From a virus, in IMG/VR virus record IMGVR_UViG_3300045971_000163, positions 1 through 64,000 of that record: DNA of 64,000 nucleotides. One strand, 5' to 3'. The position numbers were made by a program, and so were the translations under genes. Below are positions 14,515 through 23,769 of the stretch, piece by piece. Below the pieces are notes generated by a model. It saw nothing but the letters and a program-made list of their open reading frames with translations. It ran no database searches and had not been told where the DNA came from. Position 1 is the first letter of the stretch, and every line of letters starts with the position of its first letter.

Positions 14515-15624
14515 ATGGCTACAGCCGCACCCGTTTCCCAGAACCGTACAGTTACCGCAATCGAAGCAAAGCGGGCCATTGTGCGTTGTTTTGCTAAAAA
14601 GCGCCCAGTGTTTTTGTGGGGCCCAATGGGCATCGGCAAATCAGAACTGGTTTCTGACATCGCTGACGAGTTTAACGGCTTGACCATTGACTTGCGTATG
14701 GCAACAATGGAACCCACGGACTTGCGTGGTATCCCGTTTTACAACAAAGAATCCGGCAAAATGGAATGGGCTCACCCAGTTGAGTTGCCCACCGAAGAAC
14801 TGGCTGCACAGTATCCAATCGTGGTGCTGTTCCTGGATGAAATGAATTCTGCTGCGCCCGCTGTACAAGCTGCCGCATATCAACTGATTTTGAATCGCCG
14901 TGTTGGCACTTACAAGTTGCCAAACAACGTGGTGATTATTGCTGCTGGTAACCGCGAAAGTGACAAGGGTGTTACCTACCGCATGCCTGCTCCGTTGTCC
15001 AATCGCTTTGTGCACTTGGAGATGCGGGTAGACTTTGACAGCTGGCAAAAGTGGGCTGTTGAACACCGTATCCACAAGGATGTGGTTGGTTGGGTTAGCT
15101 TCAGCAAGTCCAGTCTGTTCGACTTTGATGCTCGCAGCCCAAGCCGCTCGTTTGCTACTCCACGCTCATGGACCTTTGTGTCCGAGCTGCTGGACGACGG
15201 TGAAGACGACTCCACGCTGACTGACTTGGTGTCAGGTGCAGTTGGTGACGGTCAAGCTGTCAAGTTTATTGCACACCGCAAGACTGCTGGTCAACTGCCG
15301 CTCCCAATGGACATTTTGGAAGGCAAGGCTAAGGAACTGAAGATCAAGGAAATCAGCGCAATGTACTCGCTGGTTACTTCCATGTGCTACGAGTTGCAAG
15401 ACCAGCAAAAGAAACTGGCTGGCGACAAGTCAGGCAAATGGCATGAAATGTCGGATAACTTCTTCCGTTTCATGATGGACAATTTCACAACTGAGATTGT
15501 TGTAATGGGAGCAAGAACGGCCCTTACAGTTTATAATCTCCCGTTTGTTCCGGGTAAGCTGAAGAACTTCGATGAATTTCACAAACGTTTTGGAAAATTT
15601 ATCATAGCAGCAAGTTCCAACTAA
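14515..15624 (+). CDS. MoxR-like AAA+ ATPase
   Basis: Walker A GPMGIGKS, Walker B LFLDE, AAGNR, LSNRF, TPRSW. Confidence 0.9.
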   Translation: MATAAPVSQNRTVTAIEAKRAIVRCFAKKRPVFLWGPMGIGKSELVSDIADEFNGLTIDLRMATMEPTDLRGIPFYNKESGKMEWAHPVELPTEELAAQYPIVVLFLDEMNSAAPAVQAAAYQLILNRRVGTYKLPNNVVIIAAGNRESDKGVTYRMPAPLSNRFVHLEMRVDFDSWQKWAVEHRIHKDVVGWVSFSKSSLFDFDARSPSRSFATPRSWTFVSELLDDGEDDSTLTDLVSGAVGDGQAVKFIAHRKTAGQLPLPMDILEGKAKELKIKEISAMYSLVTSMCYELQDQQKKLAGDKSGKWHEMSDNFFRFMMDNFTTEIVVMGARTALTVYNLPFVPGKLKNFDEFHKRFGKFIIAASSN

Positions 15625-15639
15625 ACTTGTGTGTTTAGT

Positions 15640-15664
15640 AGGGAGGCTTCGGCCTCCCTTTTTC
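15640..15664 (+). terminator. rho-independent terminator
   Basis: AGGGAGGC-TTCG-GCCTCCCT followed by a T-run. Confidence 0.9.
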
Positions 15665-15674
15665 TTTGACTATT

Positions 15675-17513
15675 TTACCAAGTGCTGCTCAATGCAGTTC
15701 TTGTCCAAATCGGTGTTGCACCATTGAATGCCGCCGTGCAAGCGTACAAATAGTTGGCATCAACCGCAACCATACCAACCACATCTCCCGCTTTACCAAT
15801 TGCGGCTGTTGGAACATTACCTAATCTATTAGACGTATTGATCAACGTGCCGCCGTTATTTGTCAACTGGACTGTGCCTAATACTCCTGCATCAGTTGTC
15901 AATGTAGTTGCTGCGTCCATTGTAATAGTGTACCATGGATCTGCGGTACTTGCACCAATGATTGCTGCGCTATTGGTAATGATCAAGCCACTGCTGTACA
16001 ATGTAGCGCCACCAATCTGTAAGTTACAGTTGTCAATGGTCATCTCTGGGTTAGAGCCAAGGTTGCCGTTTGTAAATAAGCAAATACCGTTGCGGAAGCC
16101 AGTGATTGTTGTCGTAGCTGGGCCAAACGTTCCGCCCCACACTTGGAACCATGCTGCTCCGCCACCCTCAACTGCGGTAATATTCCATATATCAGCACCT
16201 GCACCAACATCACAATCATTAATGTCAATCTTGCTGTTACCAACTAAGTTAGCAGTAACGTTACCTTTTATTGACATACCAGTAAATCGCGTCACTAACG
16301 TGCCAGTGATTGTAACTGCGCCAGTTAAACGTGAACCTAGACTACCAACGAAGTTTAAACGAGTCTTAGTAATGGAGAACGCTTCGTTGTAAACGTGTGG
16401 TGCTAATACAATAGCAACTTCACCGCTACCAACTGTTGGTGCTGCATCAATAGCTGCCTGGATTGTCTTGAACGGAGTCAATACTGAGCCAGTTTCAACA
16501 TAGGTATCAGTGCGCTCACCGTCAACGTATATTGTTTTGGTAGTTGGTATCCATGCAGCATCACCTTTATCTCCCTTAAGTCCTTGTAGGCCAATTGCTC
16601 CGGCTAATCCATTAGATCCGGCTGGACCTTGCAGCCCAGTTGGCCCTTGGAGACCAACATCACCTTGTATTCCCTGCAATCCAGTGTCACCTCTCACTCC
16701 TTGAAATCCTTGAATACCTTGCAAGCCCTGCGGACCCATAGCACCATCGGCACCTGGCAACCCTTGATTTCCTTGCAACCCTTGAATACCTTGGTCACCT
16801 TTGCTACCGACGTCCCCTTGTGGTCCTTGAATACCCTGTGGTCCTTGAATACCCTGTGGTCCAACAATTTGTCCAATACCTACCCAAATTGTTCCGTTCC
16901 AGGAATACAAATTTCCATCGGCAGTAACAATATAAGAATCACCGGTGATGTTGCCAATAATTGGTAAATCTGCACCAACTGCCACTGAACCTTTAAAGGT
17001 AACTCCAGTGCCAGCAAGACCTTGAATACCTTGAATACCTTGAATACCTTGGTCGCCTTTTGGCCCCACTGGACCTATTTCTCCTTGAATACCCTGCGGA
17101 CCTTGAATACCTTGGGACCCAGCACTACCTGGGATGCCTGTTAAACCGATTTCTCCTTGAATGCCTTGAATGCCTTGGGCACCGTCTATACCATTGGATC
17201 CGGCTGGACCTTGCATCCCTTGAACTCCATTCAATCCATCAATGCCATTTAATCCTGCAGGGCCTTGTGGTCCAACTTGCCCTGTGTCTCCCTTTTCTCC
17301 TGCAGGTCCTTGAGGTCCAGTATCACCTTTTGGTCCAATAATTGGTGGGTTTGTAATTGTGCCACCCGTAGAAACTTCTCCACTATAAATAACCAATTCT
17401 GTTGGGGGCAACTCTGAAATTATTGGAGAACCAACAGTATTTTTGCTGTTGTGAATTTCTTCGTGCAATACCGTAAACGTGTCTGACCCACTAATTTGAA
17501 AAGAGTTACTCAT
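15675..17513 (-). CDS. collagen-like (Gly-X-Y) fibre protein
   Basis: Two long GXY tracts, then IYVDG...GSVLTPFKTIQAAI beta-helix-like domain; upstream ATAAATA. Confidence 0.8.
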   Translation of the reverse strand: MSNSFQISGSDTFTVLHEEIHNSKNTVGSPIISELPPTELVIYSGEVSTGGTITNPPIIGPKGDTGPQGPAGEKGDTGQVGPQGPAGLNGIDGLNGVQGMQGPAGSNGIDGAQGIQGIQGEIGLTGIPGSAGSQGIQGPQGIQGEIGPVGPKGDQGIQGIQGIQGLAGTGVTFKGSVAVGADLPIIGNITGDSYIVTADGNLYSWNGTIWVGIGQIVGPQGIQGPQGIQGPQGDVGSKGDQGIQGLQGNQGLPGADGAMGPQGLQGIQGFQGVRGDTGLQGIQGDVGLQGPTGLQGPAGSNGLAGAIGLQGLKGDKGDAAWIPTTKTIYVDGERTDTYVETGSVLTPFKTIQAAIDAAPTVGSGEVAIVLAPHVYNEAFSITKTRLNFVGSLGSRLTGAVTITGTLVTRFTGMSIKGNVTANLVGNSKIDINDCDVGAGADIWNITAVEGGGAAWFQVWGGTFGPATTTITGFRNGICLFTNGNLGSNPEMTIDNCNLQIGGATLYSSGLIITNSAAIIGASTADPWYTITMDAATTLTTDAGVLGTVQLTNNGGTLINTSNRLGNVPTAAIGKAGDVVGMVAVDANYLYACTAAFNGATPIWTRTALSSTW

Positions 17514-17551
17514 TTTAAATCCTTTTGTTATATTTATGCGACATTTACAAT

Positions 17552-17580
17552 TTGACTTCTACCCAGTTTTACTGTATAAT
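17552..17580 (+). promoter_or_regulatory. sigma70-type promoter
   Basis: TTGACT, 17 bp, TATAAT. Confidence 0.8.
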
Positions 17581-17586
17581 CGCAAC

Positions 17587-17916
17587 ATGAACATCGATGT
17601 TTCCCAACCGACTACTCCCAAGGCTGCGCGAATGCGGACTAAGACTGTCAAGCAGATTGTTGACATTTCACACTATCTTGACGTGCAGAAAAATCCACCA
17701 GCGCCCACAGGTGATTACTTGGTTGACATGGTGTGGTGGACTAAAAAATACGAAGAAATTCCGCTTGGCAAAATGACACGAAACCACGTGCGGAACGCAT
17801 TGCAGTGGTGCATACGCAAGCAACCATCTAACGTCACATTTACCAAGGACGGTTACACTTGCCAACAATGGATTACTGCGTTTACCGTACGCTTGTTGGA
17901 CCCAGATCTGCCTTAA
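17587..17916 (+). CDS. hypothetical protein
   Basis: Start MNIDVS placed downstream of the promoter. Confidence 0.6.
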   Translation: MNIDVSQPTTPKAARMRTKTVKQIVDISHYLDVQKNPPAPTGDYLVDMVWWTKKYEEIPLGKMTRNHVRNALQWCIRKQPSNVTFTKDGYTCQQWITAFTVRLLDPDLP

Positions 17917-17935
17917 AATAAGGCAATTTCAGCAC

Positions 17936-17964
17936 TTGACAGTGCCCTGATTTCAGTGTATAAT
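17936..17964 (+). promoter_or_regulatory. consensus sigma70 promoter
   Basis: TTGACA, 17 bp, TATAAT. Confidence 0.88.
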
Positions 17965-17994
17965 ACTCGCATGCACACAGAAAGCTCACACAAA

Positions 17995-19251
17995 ATGGTT
18001 ACATTTAACGAATACGTTATGCACGCCGTCGGCACTTCAACGCAAAAGAAGATGAAGGCTGATCCGTTGCCAACGGACCCAGAGATTGATCGTCGTACAC
18101 AAGAAAAGCTAATTACAGCCCGCATTGGTTTGCTGCTTAAGGCGCCGTTTTTTGGCAACCTTGCAACCCGCCTTATACTTAAAAACGCTGACGAGTGGCT
18201 TACCACTATTGCCACTGACGGGCGTTATTTTTACTACAATTCCCGCTTTGTTGACAGCATGAGCATCAAGCAGACTGAGTTTGGCTTTGGCCACGAAGTG
18301 TTGCACAATGTTTATGACCACATGGGCCGTTGCGGTGACCGTGACAAACGCCTGTTTAACATTGCCGCTGACTACTGCGTCAACCAGGATTTGCTGGACC
18401 AACGCATCGGCGAACGTATTACAGTTATCCAAATTTTAGTTGATGCCAAGTACAAGGGCATGTCAGCTGAAGAAGTGTACGACGATTTGTATGCTAACGC
18501 CGAGAAAATTAACATTGACGATCTGCTTAACAAGATGCTGGACGAGCATTTGGACGACAGCGATGAGAACGACGATAACCGTCCTAAATACAGCGAAGAA
18601 GAACGCCGCCAAATCCGCGACGAGATTAAAGAAGCAATGTTGAGTGCTGCTCAAACGTGCGGCGCTGGTAACTTGCCAGGTGGTGTGCGGCGTATGCTTG
18701 CTGACATGACAGAGCCAAAGATGAACTGGCGTGAACTGTTGCAGCAACAAATTGAAAGCACAGTCAAAGCAGACTACACATTCATGAAACCGTCGCGCCG
18801 CAACTGGCACATGGATGCAATTTTCCCAGGGCAAAGCAATGCAGACATGATTGACATCTGCATCAGCGTTGACTTGTCGGGTTCCATCAGCGATACACAG
18901 TGCAAGGATTTCTTTAGCGAGATCCACGGCATTATGCAGATGTATGATGCGTTTAAGATTACTGTGTGGACGTTCGACACTGCGGTTTACAATCCCGCAA
19001 CGTTTACGCAAGATAACATGGACGAGATTTTGACATACGTGCCTGAAGGTGGCGGTGGCACAACGTTTGAAGCTAACTGGGAATTCATGAAGGAAAACGA
19101 GATTGAACCTAAAAAGTTCATCATGTTTACTGACGGCTACCCGTGCGGTTCTTGGGGTGACGAAAATTACTGTGATACTGTATTCATTATTCACGGGTCA
19201 ACGACGATTGAACCCCCATTCGGTACATTCGCGTATTATGATGCGGCGTAA
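17995..19251 (+). CDS. DUF2201-type metallopeptidase/vWA protein (partner of the AAA ATPase); start uncertain
   Basis: TIATDG, HEVLH, NIAADY, DLSGSI (MIDAS), GGGGT, FTDGY. Confidence 0.88.
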   Translation: MVTFNEYVMHAVGTSTQKKMKADPLPTDPEIDRRTQEKLITARIGLLLKAPFFGNLATRLILKNADEWLTTIATDGRYFYYNSRFVDSMSIKQTEFGFGHEVLHNVYDHMGRCGDRDKRLFNIAADYCVNQDLLDQRIGERITVIQILVDAKYKGMSAEEVYDDLYANAEKINIDDLLNKMLDEHLDDSDENDDNRPKYSEEERRQIRDEIKEAMLSAAQTCGAGNLPGGVRRMLADMTEPKMNWRELLQQQIESTVKADYTFMKPSRRNWHMDAIFPGQSNADMIDICISVDLSGSISDTQCKDFFSEIHGIMQMYDAFKITVWTFDTAVYNPATFTQDNMDEILTYVPEGGGGTTFEANWEFMKENEIEPKKFIMFTDGYPCGSWGDENYCDTVFIIHGSTTIEPPFGTFAYYDAA

Positions 19252-19880
19252 GTGAGTTTGCCGGGCACACACCCAGCCGGGCATTCTTTAACTAAAAAGT
19301 TTTCAACTCCATTGTTATAGAAATGTTTTCCAGAGTTATTATCCTGACCAGGTCGGCCTTTACGCTTTAGGCTCCATTGATCCTTTAGCCACTGAGGTCG
19401 AGTTTTACCAATCTTGCTTATGCCAATCTTATGCTTATGATCATCGCTAAGAACTCTTGGTCCATAGACCGCGTTGGCTGCTTTTACCCCAGCAGAGATA
19501 GCCAGTTTATCCTTAGGAGATCGTGGAGACCCAAACATTGGATTATTGCTGCCAGTCATTGACTCAGAACAAAGTTTTCGAATCTGCTCAAATTTGCGTC
19601 CTGAAATTTTGTACCTCTGTTGATTGCTACTTGCTTGACACATTTTAGACAATGCTGATATCATTTTTCTTCGAAGTTTACCTTCAGTCATTTTAGGTAA
19701 AAGCCAATGGCATATAAAGTGTTCTCTTGCAGTTAGAGAAATTAAATTTTGATTAGTATTATTTCCGCCAAGGGATTTAGGTATAATATGGTGCCGCTCA
19801 ACATACCCGATAATTGGGCGTGATTTTGCCGCTGATATTATGTTATAATACCAGTTAGAATATTTGTTTTGTAAATACAT
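19236..19880 (-). CDS. HNH/NUMOD3 homing endonuclease
   Basis: YVERHHIIPKSLGG.N...NLISLTAREHFICHWLL; GSNNPMFG; FYNNG. Confidence 0.85.
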   Translation of the reverse strand: MYLQNKYSNWYYNIISAAKSRPIIGYVERHHIIPKSLGGNNTNQNLISLTAREHFICHWLLPKMTEGKLRRKMISALSKMCQASSNQQRYKISGRKFEQIRKLCSESMTGSNNPMFGSPRSPKDKLAISAGVKAANAVYGPRVLSDDHKHKIGISKIGKTRPQWLKDQWSLKRKGRPGQDNNSGKHFYNNGVENFLVKECPAGCVPGKLTYAAS

Positions 19881-19937
19881 TGCTGATTGTCCTTCACGAC
19901 GTTAGAGTAGTTGGATATTTCCAGTATCGCGAACTAC
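19881..19937 (-). promoter_or_regulatory. structured 5' leader RNA motif of homing endonuclease (copy 2)
   Basis: GTAGTT-CGC-GATA-CTGGAAA-TATC-C-AACTAC-TCTAA...TCAGCA-ATG; begins 5 nt after a late promoter ATAAATA (19949-19943). Confidence 0.65.
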
Positions 19938-19993
19938 ACCTTTATTTATCCATAAAACTTTAGGCAAAAACTTTTTAGTAGTATAATGTTGCT

Positions 19994-20386
19994 ATGACAA
20001 GAATAAACGTAGTGCCAGTTGAAGAACTTTGTGACCAGCATTTACTTGCAGAACACAGAGAATTGAAACGAATTCCAAACTGTTTGCTTAAAGGGATGCT
20101 CGCACCTGCCTACGACAATGCACCTATCAATTATACGCTTGGCGCTGGCCATATCAAATTCTTTGTAAACAAACTTGGGTGGCTATGGCAGCGATACAAT
20201 TTGCTGCATGCTGAATGTTTAGCACGTGGATTTAACGTTTCGTATCAATTTAGAAATATGGAACTTGCTGCACACGGGTTTAAATTAAACAACTGGGTGC
20301 CAACTGACGCAAGTTTAGAAATAAATCGCGCTCGTATTAAAGACAAAATGCCTAAAAAACCAAGGTTTACACCACATGTCACTTAA
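19994..20386 (+). CDS. denV: pyrimidine-dimer DNA glycosylase / endonuclease V
   Basis: MTRINVVPVEELCDQHLLAEHRELKRI...YTLGAGHIKFF...ECLARGF, matching T4 DenV. Confidence 0.92.
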   Translation: MTRINVVPVEELCDQHLLAEHRELKRIPNCLLKGMLAPAYDNAPINYTLGAGHIKFFVNKLGWLWQRYNLLHAECLARGFNVSYQFRNMELAAHGFKLNNWVPTDASLEINRARIKDKMPKKPRFTPHVT

Positions 20387-20642
20387 ACACGGATACGCTA
20401 ACCCACTCGCAGTGCTAAACATGCGGGTGGTGGATCACTGCCCGCCACATTTTGAGAAAATCTCGTTCAAAGTGCTTGGCTTTCAGTTCAAACCCATTAC
20501 AGACTGGATACACGAAAACACTGACGGACGATTTTGGACATCTACCAGTGTGCCAAATATGACGGTCGCGTTTGAAAATCACTCAGAAGCATCGTACTTT
20601 GCGCTGATGTTGCCTACATTTAATGTGGAGCAACAACTCTAA
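20376..20642 (+). CDS. hypothetical protein
   Basis: 88 aa; PPHF...WIHENTDGRFW...AFENHSEASYF. Confidence 0.65.
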   Translation: MSLKHGYANPLAVLNMRVVDHCPPHFEKISFKVLGFQFKPITDWIHENTDGRFWTSTSVPNMTVAFENHSEASYFALMLPTFNVEQQL

Positions 20643-20706
20643 AATTTTTCGTTGGCTATCTAGTGCAATAAATAAGTTTGCATATTACACTAATAGGAGA
20701 CACAAT

Positions 20707-21003
20707 ATGACAGAGCAAACAACTACCCCTACGCCCGCAGAATCTGCGCCAGCAGCACCAGGCTTAACTGTGCAAGATCTACTGCTTACGTTGCAAGTAG
20801 TACAGGTTGCAGCATCGCGCGGCGCATTTAAGGCTGACGAACTCACAAACGTTGGCGGTTTATACGACCGTTTATTTAAGTTTTTGGAAGCTACCGGCGC
20901 TATCCAAGCAAAGCCAGTTGAAGTAACGCCAGAAGCTGCACCAACTGAAGAAGCACCAGCCGCTGAACCAGTTGCTGAAGTAGCAGCAAAAAAGAAGAAA
21001 TAA
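20707..21003 (+). CDS. hypothetical protein
   Basis: ATAAATA promoter and AGGAG RBS; LTVQDL...ASRGAFKADEL. Confidence 0.75.
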   Translation: MTEQTTTPTPAESAPAAPGLTVQDLLLTLQVVQVAASRGAFKADELTNVGGLYDRLFKFLEATGAIQAKPVEVTPEAAPTEEAPAAEPVAEVAAKKKK

Positions 21004-21019
21004 TTAAAAAGGAAATAGT

Positions 21020-21748
21020 ATGTTGAAGCACATCGCAAAACACAACGAGAGGAAGGCAGTAATTCTGTTCCACACTATACCAGGTGAGGACCACATGTGT
21101 CTGCTTGTGTACAGTGACGTACTTCCTCGTATTATTCACGACACAGTAATGACCTGCGTAGAAAGTTTACCAGGCCAGCAAGCAACAAACTTAGCTGATG
21201 CATTACACCGTGTTATTATGGCAGACGGCCGTAACGCTCTTGAAGTGTTGCACCGTGAAGGCATGATGAAGAAGGTCCAAACTTCTCAAGTTATTATGAC
21301 CCCAACTGCTAACAGTAAGATTAGGCTTGACGAGTTGAACACAATACTTGCTGAAATGGCAAAGGGTGAAGACGCAGTTAAACGCCTTGCTGAAGTTGAT
21401 TCGCAATCTGGCTTACAAAAGAAGAAACGTGATAACTCAACCCCACCGCGTGACGTTGGACAACCAATCGCTAAGAATTTGCCATCAGTTCCACCACTTG
21501 TTGCCGCTGATGACGGAGTTTTGTCTGACGCTGCTATTGCTGCTCAACAAGTTGCTCAAGCAACTCGCATGAAAGCAGAAGCAAATTCAATGCTTGCTGA
21601 AGCTGCACGGTTAGAAGCTGATGCTGCCAAGCTGATGCCTCCAGTTGCAAAAGTGAAAGCCCCTGCCGCTAAGGCAAAGAAAGTCGCTGCACCCGCTGCA
21701 ATGAAGGCCACAGTAAATGTCAACACCAAGAAAACCGCGAAAGCCTAA
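21020..21748 (+). CDS. hypothetical protein with Ala/Lys-rich tail
   Basis: 242-aa ORF; AAGGA RBS. Confidence 0.75.
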   Translation: MLKHIAKHNERKAVILFHTIPGEDHMCLLVYSDVLPRIIHDTVMTCVESLPGQQATNLADALHRVIMADGRNALEVLHREGMMKKVQTSQVIMTPTANSKIRLDELNTILAEMAKGEDAVKRLAEVDSQSGLQKKKRDNSTPPRDVGQPIAKNLPSVPPLVAADDGVLSDAAIAAQQVAQATRMKAEANSMLAEAARLEADAAKLMPPVAKVKAPAAKAKKVAAPAAMKATVNVNTKKTAKA

Positions 21749-22055
21749 GTCACGGAAGATTAACGTAAGCGATCGTTCAAAGTGGGAAACTATTTTAAAG
21801 ACAGTCACTAAGGACGAAGTTCCTGTTGAGCTGTTAGAATCGCTTACTGTAAATTTATCTGACGGGACCGCTGTCACTATCAATATTCGCGAGCTTATTG
21901 ATAATGGCGCCACAACTACATTTATTGAAAATCAAATTAACGATAAATTAGAGTTGCATAGTGATGAGATAGAAGATATTGATTTCTTTATTTGCATCGA
22001 TTCCGTAGCAAAGGCAGTACAACCAGTTACTGACCACATTCTCAAAGACTTATGA
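21717..22055 (+). CDS. hypothetical protein
   Basis: 112-aa ORF. Confidence 0.7.
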   Translation: MSTPRKPRKPKSRKINVSDRSKWETILKTVTKDEVPVELLESLTVNLSDGTAVTINIRELIDNGATTTFIENQINDKLELHSDEIEDIDFFICIDSVAKAVQPVTDHILKDL

Positions 22056-22098
22056 AACAATAATATAGGGACTATTGGCATGTTTGGATAAATAAAGT

Positions 22099-22860
22099 AT
22101 GGACTATACTAACATTTATACCAAACTTGTCAATCGAGGTCAACACCGAGATCTTCATCCTCCGTTTGAAACACACCATATACTGCCAAAATGTCTTGGC
22201 GGTGATGACGCGTCGACTAACCTCGTAAGGCTAACCCCTGAAGAACATTATACCGCTCACCATCTATTAGCTAAAATATATCCAGAAAATAAAAAATTAT
22301 GGTTTGCTGCACATATGATGACTGTTGGCCTTCCAAAATCACGCAGAAATAAAGCGTATGGATGGGTTAAAAGAAAATTATCAGTCTCAATGCAAGGAGC
22401 AGGAAATCATATGTATGGAAGGAAACTAACTGATGAACGAAAACAGAAGAGTGCACGGGTCGGAACAAAAAATGCAATGTTTGGCAAACACCATTCAGAC
22501 GCCACAAAAAAGAAAATATCAGAAAAAAATAAAGGTGGTCCAGGATTAGTTGGAGATGCCAATGGCATGTTTGGGAAACATCATAGTGATGAATCTAAGG
22601 AAAAAATAAGCCAAAATAACCCATGGACCGGAACTGCTGGTAAAAGCATTCACCCAAATAAAGGGCGTAAATTAACTGAGTTGCAAAAAGATCACTTGCG
22701 AAAAATATTCACAGGAGTTAAACTAAGCAATGAAAGAATACAAAAGCTGCGGATACCAAAAGGGCCACAATTAGTAGTTACATGCCCACATTGTGGAAAA
22801 ACTGGTGGTGTCTCGAATTTAACACGATACCACTTTGATAACTGTAAAGGAAAGAAATGA
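22099..22860 (+). CDS. HNH/NUMOD3 homing endonuclease
   Basis: ETHHILPKCLGG.D...NLVRLTPEEHYTAHHLL; repeated MFGKHHS..K.KIS; CPHCGK...YHFDNCK. Confidence 0.88.
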   Translation: MDYTNIYTKLVNRGQHRDLHPPFETHHILPKCLGGDDASTNLVRLTPEEHYTAHHLLAKIYPENKKLWFAAHMMTVGLPKSRRNKAYGWVKRKLSVSMQGAGNHMYGRKLTDERKQKSARVGTKNAMFGKHHSDATKKKISEKNKGGPGLVGDANGMFGKHHSDESKEKISQNNPWTGTAGKSIHPNKGRKLTELQKDHLRKIFTGVKLSNERIQKLRIPKGPQLVVTCPHCGKTGGVSNLTRYHFDNCKGKK

Positions 22861-23735
22861 AGAACTATTTAGATGCATTAAGATATATACTAGACAACGG
22901 TGAAATCAGAAAAAATAGAACAGGGATAGATACAATAGGTGTATTTGGAATGCAGCAACGGTATGATTTACGCAAAGGCTTCCCTGCAATAACTACCAAG
23001 AAGCTTGCATGGAAAGCAGTAGTATCAGAGTTAAGGTGGTTCTTAAAAGGATCAAGTGATGAGCGAGAACTATGTGAAATGTTGCATGGTACTCGCGACG
23101 AAGAAAAGAAAACTATTTGGACTGATAACGCTAACGCACCTTATTGGAAGCCAAAAGCAAGATACAAAGGTGATGCTGGCCGTATTTACGGTGTGCAATG
23201 GAGGCATTGGCTAACACGCCAAAAGCAATACATTTCATCCAGTGTGTGGGAATATGTTGAAATTGACCAGATTAAGAATTTGATTGACAGTATCAAGAAA
23301 GATCCTTTTGGCCGCCGCCACATTATCTCAGCTTGGAATCCAGCTGAGTTAGACCAGATGGCGTTGCCACCATGCCACGTAATGGCGCAATTTTACGTCA
23401 ACAGTAAAAACGAGTTGAGCTGCCAAATGTATCAACGTTCTGCGGACATGCCTCTTGGCGTCCCATTTAATATTGCTAGTTATTCTCTGCTTACACATAT
23501 GATCGCACAAGTTTGCGGTTTAGGAGTAGGCGAATTTATTCATACCGTAGGTGATGCTCACATATACTTAAATCAAATTGATGCTGTTAAAGAACAACTT
23601 GCACGACAACCACTACCATTGCCAACTTTATGGTTAAATCCAAATATAAAGAACATCGATTCATTTAAGATGGATGATTGTAAGTTGATTAACTATCAAC
23701 ACCACGAACCTATACAAATTCCTTTTTCGGTATAA
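22857..23735 (+). CDS. thyA: thymidylate synthase
   Basis: RTGIDT, TTKKL, YGVQWR, MALPPCH, YQRSAD, GVPFNIASY, GDAHIY. Confidence 0.97.
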   Translation: MKNYLDALRYILDNGEIRKNRTGIDTIGVFGMQQRYDLRKGFPAITTKKLAWKAVVSELRWFLKGSSDERELCEMLHGTRDEEKKTIWTDNANAPYWKPKARYKGDAGRIYGVQWRHWLTRQKQYISSSVWEYVEIDQIKNLIDSIKKDPFGRRHIISAWNPAELDQMALPPCHVMAQFYVNSKNELSCQMYQRSADMPLGVPFNIASYSLLTHMIAQVCGLGVGEFIHTVGDAHIYLNQIDAVKEQLARQPLPLPTLWLNPNIKNIDSFKMDDCKLINYQHHEPIQIPFSV

Positions 23736-23769
23736 ATACAGTAAGAGGTACTGCTAGGAGGAAAGCGTT

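Noticed and set aside
15754-17341. Plus-strand ORFs opposite the collagen gene (and similar shadow ORFs opposite tail, ATPase and vWA genes)
   Set aside because: Antisense shadows produced by codon bias and GXY repeats; no RBS or recognisable motifs.
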